Source of the DNA: Felis catus
Lineage: Eukaryota
Length of the DNA stretch: 64,000 bases
Reading direction: 5' to 3'
Assembly: GCF_018350175.1 (NCBI RefSeq)
Contig: NC_058368.1
Span: 70,620,001 to 70,684,000, forward strand
The notes under the pieces are model-generated. The model searched no databases. It worked only from the letters and a program-made list of their open reading frames with translations, and had not been told where the DNA came from. Both the position numbers and the translations under genes were made by a program. Positions 49,203 through 63,494 of this stretch are shown piece after piece; position 1 is the stretch's first letter; the number at the start of each line of letters is the position of its first letter.

Positions 49203-52200
49203 GGGGTGCCTGAGTGGCTCAGTCAGTGAAACGTCCAACTTCAGTTCAGGTCATGAGCTCGTGGTTCGTGAGTTAGAACCCCACATCGGGCTCTGTGCTG
49301 ACAGCTCAGAGCCTGGAGCCTGCTTCGGATTCTCTCTCTGCCCCTTCTCTCTCTGAAAAATAAATAAACATTAAAAAGATTAAAAAAAAATAACTCTTTG
49401 TCAAAAGAAACGTTTCCTCTGTGATTGCACAATTAGAGTTTTCAAATAGTATTTGGAGAAGTTAGATACTGTGTCGTGCGGTATTTTTCAACCATTCAGT
49501 TGAAATCCACAAAGGGTTTAAAAACTTTTTTTTTAGTTATGATGAAATACACATAATAAATTTCCAGCTGTCCTCTTACCTGAGATCATTGTTGCCGATC
49601 TAGGCAAACATTCCAGCTACTAGTGGCCTCGTCTTCAAGGCCTCCTATTTCACTGGGGAGAAAGGACGTCCTATTCTCTGCCCCTTGAGTTGGACCCTAG
49701 CAACTTTTGCAGAAGGAGCCTGGCCTCAACTACCAGCACCTTCTGAACCTCTTCAAACCCAGGGCACCCATTTGACCCTGTCTGCTGTAGGGTCAACCAG
49801 GAACAGTGCAAACCTAGAAACTTAAAAGAAAAGTGGGGAAAGGACCTGTGGTTTGACATTTTTCAGAATTTTTTTTCTTGTGTGTTTGTGTGTGTCAATG
49901 GCACTTTTCAAGTGAGGAGCTCTGGAGAGGAAGCACTATAAATAGAAGGGGCCACAGGGGGGAGCAGTGGGGGAGGAGGAAGTGTGTTCAGAACACCTGC
50001 TTGCCTCCACATCCAGGCCCCTGGCGGGGCTTTTCAGGGGGCCCCTCCCCACGCCCCGCCCCGCCTCCTATTCAGCCCATCAAAACCAGAGCTGGCATCA
50101 AGTGCTCTGGCCTGGTCTCCACAGCCCGGCCCCAGCCAGTCACCACCCGAGTCCACCCAAGACAGCCCCCTGGGGAGGAAGGGGACCCATCCCGCCTTGG
50201 ACCTGAGTCCCCGGGGTCACTCAGCTCAAAAGGTCTCGACTGGCATTAGCCCTTCTTCACTTGCTGCCGTGTCAGAACAACAGTTCAGCTCAGTCTCATC
50301 CTAGTAAAAGGCCAGCAACGCCTTCCCGAAATCCCACCCACTGCCCCTTGGCAGCAGATGGGGCCCTTTTAACCAAGTGGGCACAGCATGGGGGGGGTGG
50401 CATGGCGGGAGCAGCAGCTGGGGACTTGGCTTGCACAGCAACAATTTCCAATGATCGTGTTCCCTCCCTTGGGGGCTGGCTTTGATGGGAGGAGGTGAAA
50501 AGGCCAAGGACACTGTTGGGGAGGGGCCAGACTCCCCCTTCTAGCCCCTTTCCACTCACTGATCACTTTCTGCTCCTCCCAGGCCCAAGGCCACCACCTG
50601 GGCCTCCCCCGACCCTCCCTACTCCTCACCCTGAGCTGCTCTTGCCTTTCAACCCTCCACCTCAGTAGCATCTTGGTTGATTAAGTGGGCTGGAAGGACC
50701 CCTGTTGGTGATAGGCCCTTCCTTCAAACACCTTATGTGTTGCAAGACAGGTTTTGATTTGTGCTATTCTTAGGTTGATATCTCTCCCTCACAATAAACT
50801 GTGAACTCTGAAAGACAGGTCCAACTTAGTTTTGTTCACTGCTGTGTGCCCACCTTCCAGCACGGTGTCTGCACCAGACATGGTGCCCAGTATGCTGTGT
50901 GTGGGAGACGGGGGAGGGGAAAGGGAGGAGAGAAGGAGGGATACAGGGGACAAGGGAGAGGATGGCAGGGAGAAAGAAGGGGAGAGGGTCAATTATCAGC
51001 AAGGCCCGAGCAGTTCTGTCACTCCACAAAAAAGGTTTGACGGTGTCCCTGGCTCTAACGAGGCGGCGTGTACCCTTTCAGCGGAGAGCCAGTGAGCGGC
51101 CTGCTGGAGACCAGAGAGAGGCCAGTAGGCAGTGCACAGACCTGGTGGACGGGCGAGTCTGCAGCCCTCAGGGGCAGTCCTGTCCAAGGTTAGGAGGGGG
51201 CCTCGGCCAAGGTGACCGGGTGCAGAGGGAAGGCCCCAGCCCAGTGTAAAAAGGTGCATGAGAGAGGGACGCCTGGGTGGCTCAGTCGGTTAAGCATCTG
51301 ACTTTCGGCTCAGGTTGTGATCTCACAGTCCGTGAGTTCGAGCCCCGCGTCGGGCTCTGTGCTGACAGCTCAGAGCCTGGAGCCTGCTTCAGATTCTGTG
51401 TCTCCCTCTCTTTCTGCCCTTCCCCTGCTTGTATTCTCTCTCTCTCGAAAATAAATAAAACATTAAAAAAAATCTTAGAGGTGGGTGGGAGCAATTGACC
51501 TAGGGGCTTTGGTTTGGCGTACTGAGGTGTTATGATTTGGGAGCCAAAGCTGAGCTGTTCGAAACCACTTCACCCAAGCAGTGGTCCAGCCGCACCTGTA
51601 GAACATCGTCAAAGAGTGTCTGTTGGAGAGAGGGCTTAATTCTAGTCTGCCTGGTGCACTTTATGGAGATATGATTGACATAGCATAGAATTCACACTTT
51701 TTAAGCGCGAGTCAGTGATTCTTAGTAAATTTAGAGTTGTGCAGCCATCACCACAATCTGCTTCTAGAACATCCACATCACCCCAAAAAGATTCTTCATG
51801 TGTCTTTTGGGGTCCTTCCTCCTGCCATGCACACCCAGCCAACCTCTAATCTTCTCTCTCTGGAAATAGATTTACCTTTTCTGGATGTTTATTACAGATA
51901 GATTCATACAGTATGTGGCCTTTGGGGTCTGGCTTCTTTCACGGAGCATGTATCAGCGGTTTGTTTCTTTTTATTGCTGAAGAGTATTCCTGGGTCTTGG
52001 TTTCTTATCAACAAAAGGGAAAGATATTTTCAGTAATGCAGAAACCATACATTGGGCACCTGGGTGACTTGGTTAAGTGTCCAACTCTTGATTTCGGCTG
52101 AGGTTATGATCTCAAGGTTCGTGCTGTGAGTTCAAGCCCCACATCGGGCTCTGCCGCTGACAGTGTGGAGCTTGCTTGGGATTCTCTCTCTCCCCCTCTA

Positions 52201-52254
52201 TCTCTCTGCCCTTCTTCTTCTCTCTCTCTCTCTCTCAAAATAAATAAACTTGAA

Positions 52255-52314
<60 letters not shown>

Positions 52315-53709
52315 AAAAGAAAGAAAGAAACCATCCCTTCCTTCAAGAACTCAACTATAAGGAGGTTGGCCAGTGCAAGACTTCAGTGCCTGGGAGACAG
52401 AGAGAACATCCTGTCATAACCATGGAGACATGGAAAGTACACGGGATGGAAAAGACGCAAAGAAATCTTCAGGGGAGAGAAGGATAAGCAGAAACCAGTT
52501 AGGTCAAATGCCAAAAACGTCTTCAAATACCAAGTGTGTAAGTGCCAGAAGTGTGCTAAAGCACACTAAAGGAGGGCTCCAATGGGAGAACAGAAGAGCC
52601 CTGAATTCAGAGAGATGGCCTTAGGGCTGCACATCAGCGTGGCCCCAAGGCTAGGGCCATCCCAGGATCAAATAAATGAGAATCTCCCAGCATAGATTAG
52701 GCATCAGGAGCTATATGATCCAATGTACAGCCAAGGTCAAAGTCGTGGATGACTGCCCTAAAGGTTACTAGGCACCCAAAATAACTGACCCAACTATACA
52801 AGGAGGTAGGGCCCTGTGCCCTCCTTTCCAGGGGAAGGGATCCTGGTCCTTCCCCAACAGCCCCATGCAGACCTCCTCTTCTGGAAGGAGGGTGTGGTTA
52901 TTGCCCTTACCTGCCCTAATGCTTATCCCCACAGAGAGGGCCTGAGGCAAGCACCTCCGGAGTCCTGAGCCACCACCCACACTTCCCCTGGTGGAGACAT
53001 AGCCAAGACCAGCTTGTCACAGGACAGAGAAGGCCAATTCCTCCTGTTTTATTGAAGAAAAAAATTTCACAGTACAACATGAATACTTTCTCATAGAAAA
53101 TTCATAAAGGAAATGTCCCCCACAAAAAAAGGGGGGCCCCTGGGTGGCTCAATCGGTTAAGCATCCGACTTCAGCTTGGATCATGATCTCACAGCTCATG
53201 AGCTCGAGCCCTTTGTCAGGCTCTGAGCTGTCAGTCTCTCTCTGTCTCTCAAAAGTAAATAAAACATTAAAAAAATGTCCCCCACAGTCAATCATAACAG
53301 TTTGATATGTATACTTCTAGACATTTTCGATGCATTTACCTCCATAGATGAATATACAAATATGTAGTTTTTATTTGGTTCATAAACAAATGAGATTATG
53401 TCCAATGATTGAGGTGTTATGTGAAAACATGCTTCTCAACAGATCACCAAGATAATTTCATGTCAGAACTGACGTCTGTGCTTCCTTTCTAAACCAGCCA
53501 CGGGGCGCCTGGGTGGCGCAGTCGGTTAAGCATCCGACTTCAGCCAGGTCACAATCTCGCGGTCCGTGAGTTCGAGCCCCGCGTCGGGCTCTGGGCTGAT
53601 GGCTCAGAGCCTGGAGTCTGTTTCCGATTCTGTGTCTCCCTCTCTCTCTGCCCCTCCCCCGTTCATGCTCTGTCTCTCTCTGTCCCAAAAATAAATAAAA
53701 ACGTTGAAA

Positions 53710-53744
<35 letters not shown>

Positions 53745-53747
53745 AAA
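49203..53747 (+). mobile_element. Dispersed + strand Can-SINEs (49203-49390, 51266-51475, 52053-52330 with a (GAAA)n tail, 53131-53275, young copy 53502-53747 with TSD aaaccagccac); an old L1 fragment at ~51650-51990 (-)
   Basis: SINE heads, (CT)n and A tails; the span also contains unique sequence between the elements. Confidence 0.8.
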
Positions 53748-53759
53748 TAAACCAGCCAC

Positions 53760-55290
53760 AAAAGGCGAGGTGACTGACATTCCTCCTTCAACCATGCCCC
53801 ACCACCGAAAACGTACGTTGTTAACGTTGTTTGCTCTTTCAAATGTCATTTCTGTGAGCCTCTTTGTCTCTATGCACATGTCTACTTTTTTGTTAATAAG
53901 GTCCATTCTTAGCCAAGGTATGTCTGGGAACTCTCCATTCAGTTTTGTTCATTTATTTGCCTGTTCCCAAGCCTATAGCATTTTGGTGACTATTATAACA
54001 CTATCATCGGGGCTTTTATTTGTAATCATGTTATGGATTTGGTCACTTTTGTGAGTAGATTCCATTCCCCCTTACATTTTCTGATTGGCTATAGTTAGTG
54101 ATTAGGAAAACCATTGATTTTTATATTATGATAACACACACATAAAATTTACCATTTTGACCAATGGTTCGGCAGCATCAGGTAAATTCACATTGTTGTC
54201 CATCGATCATCACCACTCATTTCCAGAACCTTTTCATCTTCCCAGATAGACTCTGCACCCATTAAACGGTAACTCCCCAGGCTGCCCTACCTCCAGCTCC
54301 TGGCATCCCCCATTCTACCTTGTGTCTTTATGACTTTGGCCCCTCTAGGAATCTCACAGAATGTTTGTTCTTTTGTGACTGACTCTTCCACTTAATGTCT
54401 TCAGGTTTCATCCATATCGTAGCATGTGCCAGTATTTCGTTTCTTTTTATGTTTCAACATCCCACTGTACATATATGTCACGTCTTGTTTATACATTCAT
54501 CTGGCGATGGACACTTGGGCGGCTTCAACTTTTTCGCTGTTGGGAATCATGGTGCTATGAACGTGATGAATACTCAGTGTACAAATATCTGTTGGAGTCC
54601 CTGCGTTCACTTCTTTGGATATATATCCAGAGGTGGGATGGCTGGGTCCTAGGACAATTCTATGTTTAATTTTTTGAGGACTTGCCGTACTGTTTGCCAC
54701 AGTGGCTGCACCATTTCACATTCCCATCAGCAATGCAGCAGGGTTCCAATTTCTCCACACCCTCACCAATACCTATTTTCTGTTTTTTTTTTCTTAATAG
54801 CCATCCTAATAATTGTGAAAGCCACTGATATGTATATGCTGATCTTGTATTCCACCACCTTACCAAATTCTATTAGCTTTTCATTTGGTGTCTTGCATTT
54901 TCTAGGTAGTTCATCACATCACCTGCCATAGCAACAATATATTTTTTCCCACGTTAGACTCAGGCCCCATTTTCTTACTTTGTTGTCAAGGACCCACATT
55001 ACAAGGTTGAAGAGAAGCAAGGATGGCAGGTAATCCCTTCTTTATAGTATTTCACTATTACATGTCATGATTTTTGCAACTTTCTGGTAGACACCTGGTT
55101 AGGGTTGGTGTGGCCTTCTACACCTGGATTGCTAAGAGTTTTATCAACAGTATTCAACCTTGTCAAGTGCTTTTTTGGGAGTCTATTGAGATAACTGTAT
55201 GGATCAATGCAGTGAACTACACTGATTGATCCCCTAATGATAACCCATTCTTGCATTTGTTGAATAAACCTGCTTGTCATAAAGTATTTG
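53760..55290 (-). mobile_element. Old L1 fragments (L1MB-like 3' end at 54130-54815 within an older L1M)
   Basis: cataaaatttaccatttt...ttccagaaccttttcatcttccca...ctgtttgccacagtggctgcaccatttcacattcccatcagcaatg. Confidence 0.8.
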
Positions 55291-55466
55291 TGTTTATGTA
55301 GAGTCCCTGGACTATACTAGACTATGAGCCCAAATGAACAAGTGGCCAGTGGTTAAAGAAAAGAAGAGGTAGTGATGAAAATGGGTCATGTCCTTGCCCT
55401 GAGGAGGGCACATTAGTCAGGGGAAATCCCAAAGGAGCAAGGTTTTTTCAAAGACCTGATCCGTCT

Positions 55467-55660
55467 TTTTTTAAGGTTTATTTATTTATTTATTTTTGAG
55501 GGGGGAGGGGAACCAGAGAGAGAGGGAGAGAGAGGATCCCAAGCAGTCTCCACACTGTCATCACAGAGCCTGACATGGGGCTTGATCTCACTGTGAGATC
55601 ATGATCTGAGTCAAGATCAAGATTTGGATGCTTAACTGACTGAGCCATCCAGGTGCCCCA
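55467..55660 (-). mobile_element. Can-SINE
   Basis: Antisense SINE body. Confidence 0.85.
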
Positions 55661-56284
55661 AGACCTTACCTGTTGTAACAGGATGAAGAAGATTTTATTT
55701 ATCAAAGTTAATCTTAAAAAGAGGTCTGGGTGTGTTTGGAAGAAACACTTGGGTAAATAGCTTGCAATCGTTGACCTGCCTACCCAAAGAGAGCCTTAGT
55801 TGGCCTGTGTTAGTCTAAGAGCCTGAATTGCTGGGATGGGCAGGACTGTAGCTGAGCTTTCTATATGGAATGAAAAGGAGAGGAAGTAAAGGAAGAAGGG
55901 GGAAGCCAGAGAGACCAGGAAGTGCTTGGGAGAAAGGAGCAAGAGAAAATGAAGCAAACTCTGGCATTGGGGCAGCCGAGGAGCACCAGTGGGGAGAAGG
56001 GAAGGTCTACCGGACTCATGGGCTATTTGCTGTAATTCCCTGGGGCTTATGATGCTGTGCACTGTGGTGGGGGGTGGGCAGGAACAAGGGCCGAGTTCTC
56101 TCTGCATGGAGGACACTGTACACGTAGAGGGTAGGAACTGACGGCACCTGACTTCAGACCACCCCAAGGTTTAGGAAGTGGTGGAAACTTGCACTTGAGC
56201 TTACTGGGGGTTGCATGGTGCCTGAGCTCAGTACAACTTGGGAGAAGAATGGTCTAGTCTGGAGGCTGTTAAACAAGTACAGGC

Positions 56285-57215
56285 AGGTCCTTTAAGGAGT
56301 CTGTGAATAGAATTTAAGGGGTCCACAAATTTATTTTTTAAAGAAGTTTAAAATTTTTTTTTATTAAAATTTTTTTGAGTTTATTTATCTCGAGAGATGC
56401 AGGGGGAGGCAGGGTGGGGCAGAGAGAGAGAGAGAGAGACAGAGAGAGAGGGAGAGAGAGAGAGAATCCCAAGCAGGCTCTGCACTGTCAGCACAGAGCC
56501 TGACATGAAGCTCAAACTCACAAATCGTGAGATCATGACCTGAACCAAAACCAAGAGTCAGATGCTTAACCAGCTGAGCCATCCAGGTGACCCAAACTTT
56601 ATCATTTTTTAAGTAATCTCTGCCCCCCATGTGAGGCTTGAACTCACAACCCTGAGATCAAGAATCACACACTCTACCGACTTAGCCAGCCAAGAGCCCC
56701 AGATCCATGAATTTAAATAGAAAAAAGTTACCTCTTTATTTTTACTAATCTATAACTGACATTTAGCATTTCCTTCTATTATGAACAGAGGCAACAAACA
56801 TTTCATTTTACCCTCATCAAGAAAAATAACAGAGGGGCATGAATTCAAGCCCCATGTTGGGTGTAGAGATTACTTAAAACAATATCTTGGGGCGCCTGGG
56901 TGGCTCAGTCAGTTAAGGGTCCGGTTCTTGACTTTGGCTCAGGTCATGATCTCATGTTTTGTGGGTTCGAGCCCCACATAAGGCTCTGTGATGGCAGTGT
57001 GGATCCTGCTTGGGATGCTCTCTCTCTCCCCTACTCCTCCCGCACTCCTGTTCTCTCTCTCTCTCAAAATAAACTTAAAAAATTAAAAAAAAATCTTCAA
57101 AAGCAAAAAAGAGAGGAAAAATAACAGATTTTCATACCACACTTTAGTTGTTGCCGATAATAAAATATCGTTTATGTTTGTGGCTACTTCGGAATCACAT
57201 GGTCATAGACCCGTG
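56285..57215 (+). mobile_element. Charlie4a-like fragment interrupted by Can-SINEs (- at 56355-56700; + at 56835-57110)
   Basis: gaatagaatttaaggggtcca; tctttatttttactaatctataactgacatttagcatttccttctattatgaa; cagattttcataccacac...gctacttcgg. Confidence 0.7.
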
Positions 57216-58298
57216 GGCTTCAGAGTTGATAGAGACGGACCCTTAAGGACCAGACTGAAGGCAGTTCCAGCTGGGTCTTTGGGTTTTTCTTGCGGCCCAG
57301 CACATTCTCGGAGCTGGACACTAGTGGCCTAGAGCAGGTACAGGACGAGGTGGAGACCCGGCCTAGAGTTGCGATGCGATGCAGCATGACTCAGTGACTC
57401 ACGCTTTGAGAGCTCAGAAGAAAGTCTGGAGGGTCAGACAAGGTTTCTCATGGGAAATGACATTTAAACTGACTTTTTCAGGATGTATTAAGAAGTGTGT
57501 GCAGGGACATAAGATTCTCCTTTAACCAGAAAAATCCCTCCTGGAGCGTGTGCCAATCTTAGCTTACAGTTCAGAAGAGTAGAAAGCAGAAATTTCCCCT
57601 GGCTGTGGGGCTGAAACAGGAAACCACCCAGAAACCCTCAGAAGCAGGAGGGCGGGGATTCCCAGCTCCCCAGGACTGAGTGGACATTTTCCCAGGAAGC
57701 ACCTGGGAGGGGGGCAGTCTGCATCTGTCCCCACCCCCTCCTTGGAATGGAAGCTTCTGAGCTCAGGAGCTCACACGTCCTTGCCTGTTTTGTTTGCTGA
57801 TGAATCCCAAGCACGGGCTCCTAGCACAGATCTGACCCCTGCAAATATTTGTTTAGTGGGTGAATAAATAAAGCCACATCCTTCCACAGCTGGTGGCGGG
57901 GCAGGCCATGACTCTGCCTATGTGTCTGACAATTGTGTCTCCAATCCCCGCGTTGCCCTGCACTCTAGGTGACCTAGGAAGATCCCCCAGCGAAACTCCC
58001 GTGGCATTTTGCTGTTTTGCCGCATAGAACAGGTGGAGAGCCCGACACCTGTGTTGCTCAGGTGCGAATCATCTCTGCCCCCTTCTGGGACCGCAAGGCG
58101 TTGTCACGGGGATCCCTTTCCTCACCGCGCGGTAGAAGCTGGAAGGTTGAGGTCCCAGGTGAGGGGGGGCAGAGGGCTGGTATCATCCCCAATGGAACCT
58201 TCATCTTTGAGTTCACAGTGGGTGAGGAAGGTCATCTCCCCATGGGGCCCATGAAGGATACAGCAGAGCATTTCCACCCCCTTTCTGCTCCCTCCAGT

Positions 58299-58668
58299 GA
58301 TGTTACAGGCTGTCAATCCCCAAATTCATCTGTTGAAGTTCTAACCCCTAACACCTGAAAATGTGACTACATTTGGAGGTAGGGTCTTTAAAGAAATAAT
58401 GAAGTTAAAAATGAGGTATTTAGGATCCCCTTAATTCAATAGTACTGGAGTCCTTTTAAGAAAAGGAGGTCAGAACATACACACGGGGAAGGCTGAGCAA
58501 AGGCTGGGAGAAGACAGCCATCTACAAGCCCAGGAGAGAGGCCTTGGGAAACCACCCCTCCCAACTCCTGGTGTTGGACTTCATCTCCGGAACTGTAAGC
58601 AAATACATTTCTATTGTTTAAGCCCCCTAGCCTGTGATACTTTGTTACAACAACCCTAGCAAACGCAT
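58299..58668 (+). mobile_element. MaLR (MLT1A-like) LTR
   Basis: ccccaaattcatctgttgaagttctaacccc...atttggaggtagggtctttaaaga...ttctattgtttaagcc...tactttgttacaacaacc. Confidence 0.85.
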
Positions 58669-59354
58669 CCAAATACTTCCACTGCATGAATTTTTTTTCA
58701 ACGGGCTTTCAGAGATCACACCCACACTTTGACCAGAAAGGAGAAATAAACAGAAATGTCCTTCGAAGTCTCATAGGCCAGAAAGGCCTCTTGACTCAAG
58801 GAATGGTTATTTGGTTATTTGGTGACCTTAAGGCTTATTTAGTAAGAAAAGCAGGGTTTCAGAGCTTAGATGTCCCAGAAGGACAAGCCACTCCTTGCTG
58901 ACGTCAGAGGACCCACGCATGAGAGATGCTGATGTTTGCTAACGTCAGTTTTACATGCTGAGGAGAACCACAGGCCCTGAGTAAGCATAAATGGCCCATA
59001 GCTGTAGGGAGGTTAGTGGGTTTTGATGTTAAAAAAAAAACAAAAAACAAAAAACAAAAAACAAAACTCATGCCATGCCTTACTCATTTGCTAGGTTTAT
59101 TAGAAATGTGTCTGAATTTACAGCACAAAGAGAATAATAAAAATAAGTCCAACTCTGAAGGTTCATAAGGTACTTGGCAGCCAGCCTTTAAGTTTTAAAT
59201 GCATTTCACATCACTGATTACCCGGAAAAGCCTCAGAAGACTCTGGAAATGCAGTCCACCCCCAGCCCCCGCTTACTCCCCCTGCTGCAAATTGCCCCAC
59301 AAATGAGGGCTGCCAGCTGGGCTCCACTTCAGTAAGACCAGCCCCCTCTGCCTC

Positions 59355-59400
<46 letters not shown>

Positions 59401-61619
59401 CTTCCACAGTTTCCAAAACTGTTTCGACCGATGGCCAAAACTCCTGCGTGAAACCGTGGCTGGGTGCCCCCACCCGCCATCCACACTGCCGGACATTAGC
59501 GAATTAATTCCTCACGGGCCCAGGTGACCTGGCCCAGCTGCCCCACTTTCTGGGCTTCTGTGTGCTCCTTGTAAAGTGAGAATCATAAAAACAGCCCCTC
59601 AGGGGCCTCAGAGAATTAAGGGACTGACGCATGTAAGGACTTGTCAGGGATCTGGCGAGTCCCGATGTCTGTTCCCTTTCTTCCCATCCCTCCTAGAGGG
59701 CAGGACTGTGGCTTCTACTCCGTGTCCCCCACGTCCCCATGGCACCACACTCCACTCTCCCTGAGATCCCAATAAAGAGTGTTGATGAATCGCTTTCCTG
59801 GTCTCCATCACATTCCATGTGTCTCTCATCTGCATTGGCTCCCCCGGGGGGACCCTTTTTGAAGAATGTGAATTTCTGATAAAAGTGACCCATGCTCCTC
59901 AGGGTCAGTCTGAACTGTGTTTATAAGAATAAAAAAGGAAATAAATATCATAGCCACCTCCAACCCCCAGAGTTCATTGTTGGTTAATATGTTGTGATAT
60001 TTCTTTCCAGTCTTTCTTCTATGCGTGCTCACATCTGTCTTACACAGTGGCCTGAGCCTTCCAGGGAGTTTTGCCCCAGGGTTCCTGGAGGAACAACTGC
60101 CCCACTTCCAAGCCTCAGAGAAAAGACCTCACTGATCGCAGACCTAAAGTCCACAGTTGATTTGCCTGCATGGCGGTACCTAGAGTCTCACGTTTCTGCC
60201 TTGCGGACAGCAAAGTCTGCTCCCCTATCAACAATACAATCAGGAAATCTGCCTCCAGGGGTGTTTCCAGGCTGTCAGCTTGTAATGAGTACCTGTTTGA
60301 GGAAAGCAAATGAAGGAAAGGGATGCATTTCTCCAGGTTGTCCTGTGCTTTGTCATTTAAATGAAGAAATATAGTAATCTTGGTTTTATTCTGGTTGAGG
60401 AGAACCTAACTGTGGGCCCCCCAAGCCGGATCCTTTCCCCAGATCAAAGATTCACAGAGACAATCTGAGAGCCGGTACAGGGTGCCTCTCAACTGTCAAA
60501 CGGCTGTTAATTCCTCGCTTGGCCAAAGTCAGCCGGGCGCTCAGCCAGGAGGTCAAGTGGGTTTGCAAGTCTGGACAACTTAATCTGATCCAAAGCATTT
60601 TTAGGAAATAGCAATGCTGAGATTCTTTGGCTCAGGTGTGAGAGATTTGTGGAGTCCCGCTGGGCTGTCAAACACCTCTTCTGATGTGGGGCAGGGTCCA
60701 CAATTTCGCACCAGAAGTGTAAGCAGAGCCATAGCTTTGGTGGGTGATTCACACCAGTCATCACAGCTGTAGGCTCCACAGGTGAGAGCCTCTCAAGCCT
60801 TGACATCTTCCCTTGATAATTGAGCCCCTCCACCTCCGTGCTAATGAGCCCAACTACCCTTGATATGTAAGGGGACATGTAACTGTATGTTTGTATATGT
60901 ATGTGATGTGTGTGGTTTTGTGTGTGTGTGTGTGTGTGTGTATGTGTGTGCGTGCGCGCGTGCGCGTGTGTGTAAAGGGACAGAAAGGGGGAACCGCTTC
61001 AAGTTCAGCCTTGCACAATTTCTTCTTGGTTACGGGTAGCTTTTTAAAATATTTTGATTTGAGAATATCTGCTTCTCTACACAATTTTTTCATAGTATTT
61101 AAACTCTACCCTTCACCCTGAAACATACCAAATTCCTAGAATATATTTGAGTGTGTGTGTGTGTGCATCTATGTGTGTATGTGCATGCACACATACAGTT
61201 TTATTCAGTGCCCTGCAGGCAATAAATTGACAGCTATTATTCCTTTTTTTACTTTGTTCCATTATTTTTTATTATATTATTCTTACTATATTTGTTCTAT
61301 TATTGTTACTTTGTTACTTTGTTGTAGCCTTTAGAATGGAGTGTGAACAAAAATGGAGGCCCTGGGAGTATGGACCTAAGGCACCCAGGACCTCGGACTC
61401 TTCCTTTATATACCAAACTGCTGCCCGAGGGTAAGCCTAGGGGCTTTTCTCATAAAATAGCTTAAGCTTATGCCTCCGCCCCCTTGTGGTGGAAAGAGAG
61501 CAAGACAGGGTGACTGGTCTGCAGCTCTGAAAATGTTTCCTTTGTATGAATGTCAGTTGTCCCTCTTTTATTATTATTATTATCATCATCATTGTTGTTG
61601 TTACCACTCTATTTTCCTC

Positions 61620-62135
61620 TGCCTGTTATTATTTATGAGGACACTATTAGCCCTATATCCTGGCACCGTGCTCTGTACTTCACATACTTCATTTCATGAA
61701 AGATTTATAACAATCCTATGGTGTAACTATTGTTAGCACTGCAATTTATTGAGCAGGAAGCTCTAGCTCAGACAGGTTGAGTAAAGCTTGTCCAGCAACA
61801 CACAACTCATAAACAGTGGGTCTTAAACCCAGGCCTCACCCCTGCCCTTGACCACTTACCCATTGCAGCAAGCCCCACCATACACCATAGCTGGTTACAA
61901 CAGTGCTTCTCAAATGACTTTATTTTATTTTCATTATTATTTAATTTTGAGAGAGAGAGAGTGTGTGTGTGAGCAGGGAGAAGGGCAGAGGGAGAGAGAG
62001 AGAAGGGGAATCCCAAGCAGGCTCCATGCTCAGCACAGAGCCTGACGTGGGGCTTGATCCCACGACCCTGGGATCATGACCTGAGCTGAAATCAAGAGTC
62101 GGATGCTCAACTGACTGAGCCGCCCAGGCACCCCT
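61620..62135 (-). mobile_element. MIR remnant (61620-61870) and Can-SINE (61920-62135)
   Basis: MIR-like caatcctatggtgtaactatt...gctcagacaggttgagtaa; antisense SINE. Confidence 0.7.
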
Positions 62136-62879
62136 AAAAGATAATCCTTCCTTATGAACCAAAGAAAATTGAGACTCTTGGGAAACTTCACTGGAAGTAG
62201 AGCTCTGTAACCACAGGCGATTTCCCTGATGCCACCACAGCCATCCATATGGCACCAAGGCCCACCTGCCAGGGGCTTTCCTGGATGGCATCATCTAGTC
62301 GGTGCAGAGTAAACCCACCCATTTTTCTAGATTATCACTGAAATGAAAACATAGCTAAATTTAATTCTCAAGGGGCATGTGGGCAAGGCACTGCCTTCCC
62401 CCATCCACTCTGCCAACCATTTTTAAGAGCCCCAGTCTGGGAACTGGTTGAGAGTATGGGTAAAGAACAAAGCAGTGGTGCCACAGGGCCCCTTTAACAC
62501 TTCCTAAGTAGGTGGCCCTTTAATTGGTATATTTTAAAAAATTCTGTAAGTCTTTTCTTGGATTTCATTTGAATCTGAGTCTTGAAGGGATGGACCTCCT
62601 TGGGCACCGTCCCCATCCCACCCCCACCCCTGCCAGGGCAGAGCTGAGATGAAGCCTGGGCCTCAGTTCATCTGGTTGACCAGGAAGTGACCCCAGGAGG
62701 CAGGAGTGAAGGAGGGGGAGACAAAGGAGAGTCACACAAGCCGTGCTGCCAAGTCGCCACCAGAACCCTCTGCAAAGTGTGTAGAGTGATGTCAAGGTTG
62801 TCTACCCGCCCAAGGGGGGCTGTCCGCCCTGGCTGGGCTCATTATCCCTCCCGCACTGGTGGAGCGGGGGCAGTAACCC

Positions 62880-63482
62880 GGCCCTGCTGGGCTGTGTGCT
62901 GAGCGGCCATCACAAATTACCACATTCTGGGTACCTTAAAAAAAACAAAAACATTAATTCTCTCGCACTTTTGGGGACCAGAAGTCCAGTATCAGTTGCC
63001 CTGGGCCAATATCAAAATGCCCTGCTCCTCCCGGAGGCTCTAGGGGAGAATCCATTCCCTGCCTTCTCCAGCTTCTTACTGCCCTTCCTGGGCTTGGAGC
63101 CACCCCACCCCCCACCCCTGCCTCCTTCCCAACATCACTGTATAGATGTGCCTTTGGTTACTTAACCTGGTCTATTAACGGACGTTTCCATTGTATTCAA
63201 TCTTTTTCAAACAGTGGAGTAGTTAATTACCTTTCACAAAAGTAATTTCCAGGTATGCAAGGCAGATGTCCAAGAGATGCTGCCACCAGCCAAGGAAAGA
63301 CTTGGGGCCACCACAAGCTGGAAGAAAAGAAGTATCCTCTTCTAGAGGCTTCAGAGGGAACGTGGTTTTGCCGACACCTTGATCGTAGACGTCTAGCCTC
63401 TAGAACTGTGAGACAATACATTTCTGTTTTTTAACCACTCATTTTGTGATACTTTATGATGGCAGCCCCAGGAAACAAATAC
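62880..63482. mobile_element. MaLR LTR fragments (- at 62880-63130; + at 63240-63482)
   Basis: ggaggctctaggggagaatccattccctgccttctccagcttc; tctagaactgtgagacaatacatttctgttttttaaccac. Confidence 0.75.
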
Positions 63483-63494
63483 ACACATTATCTT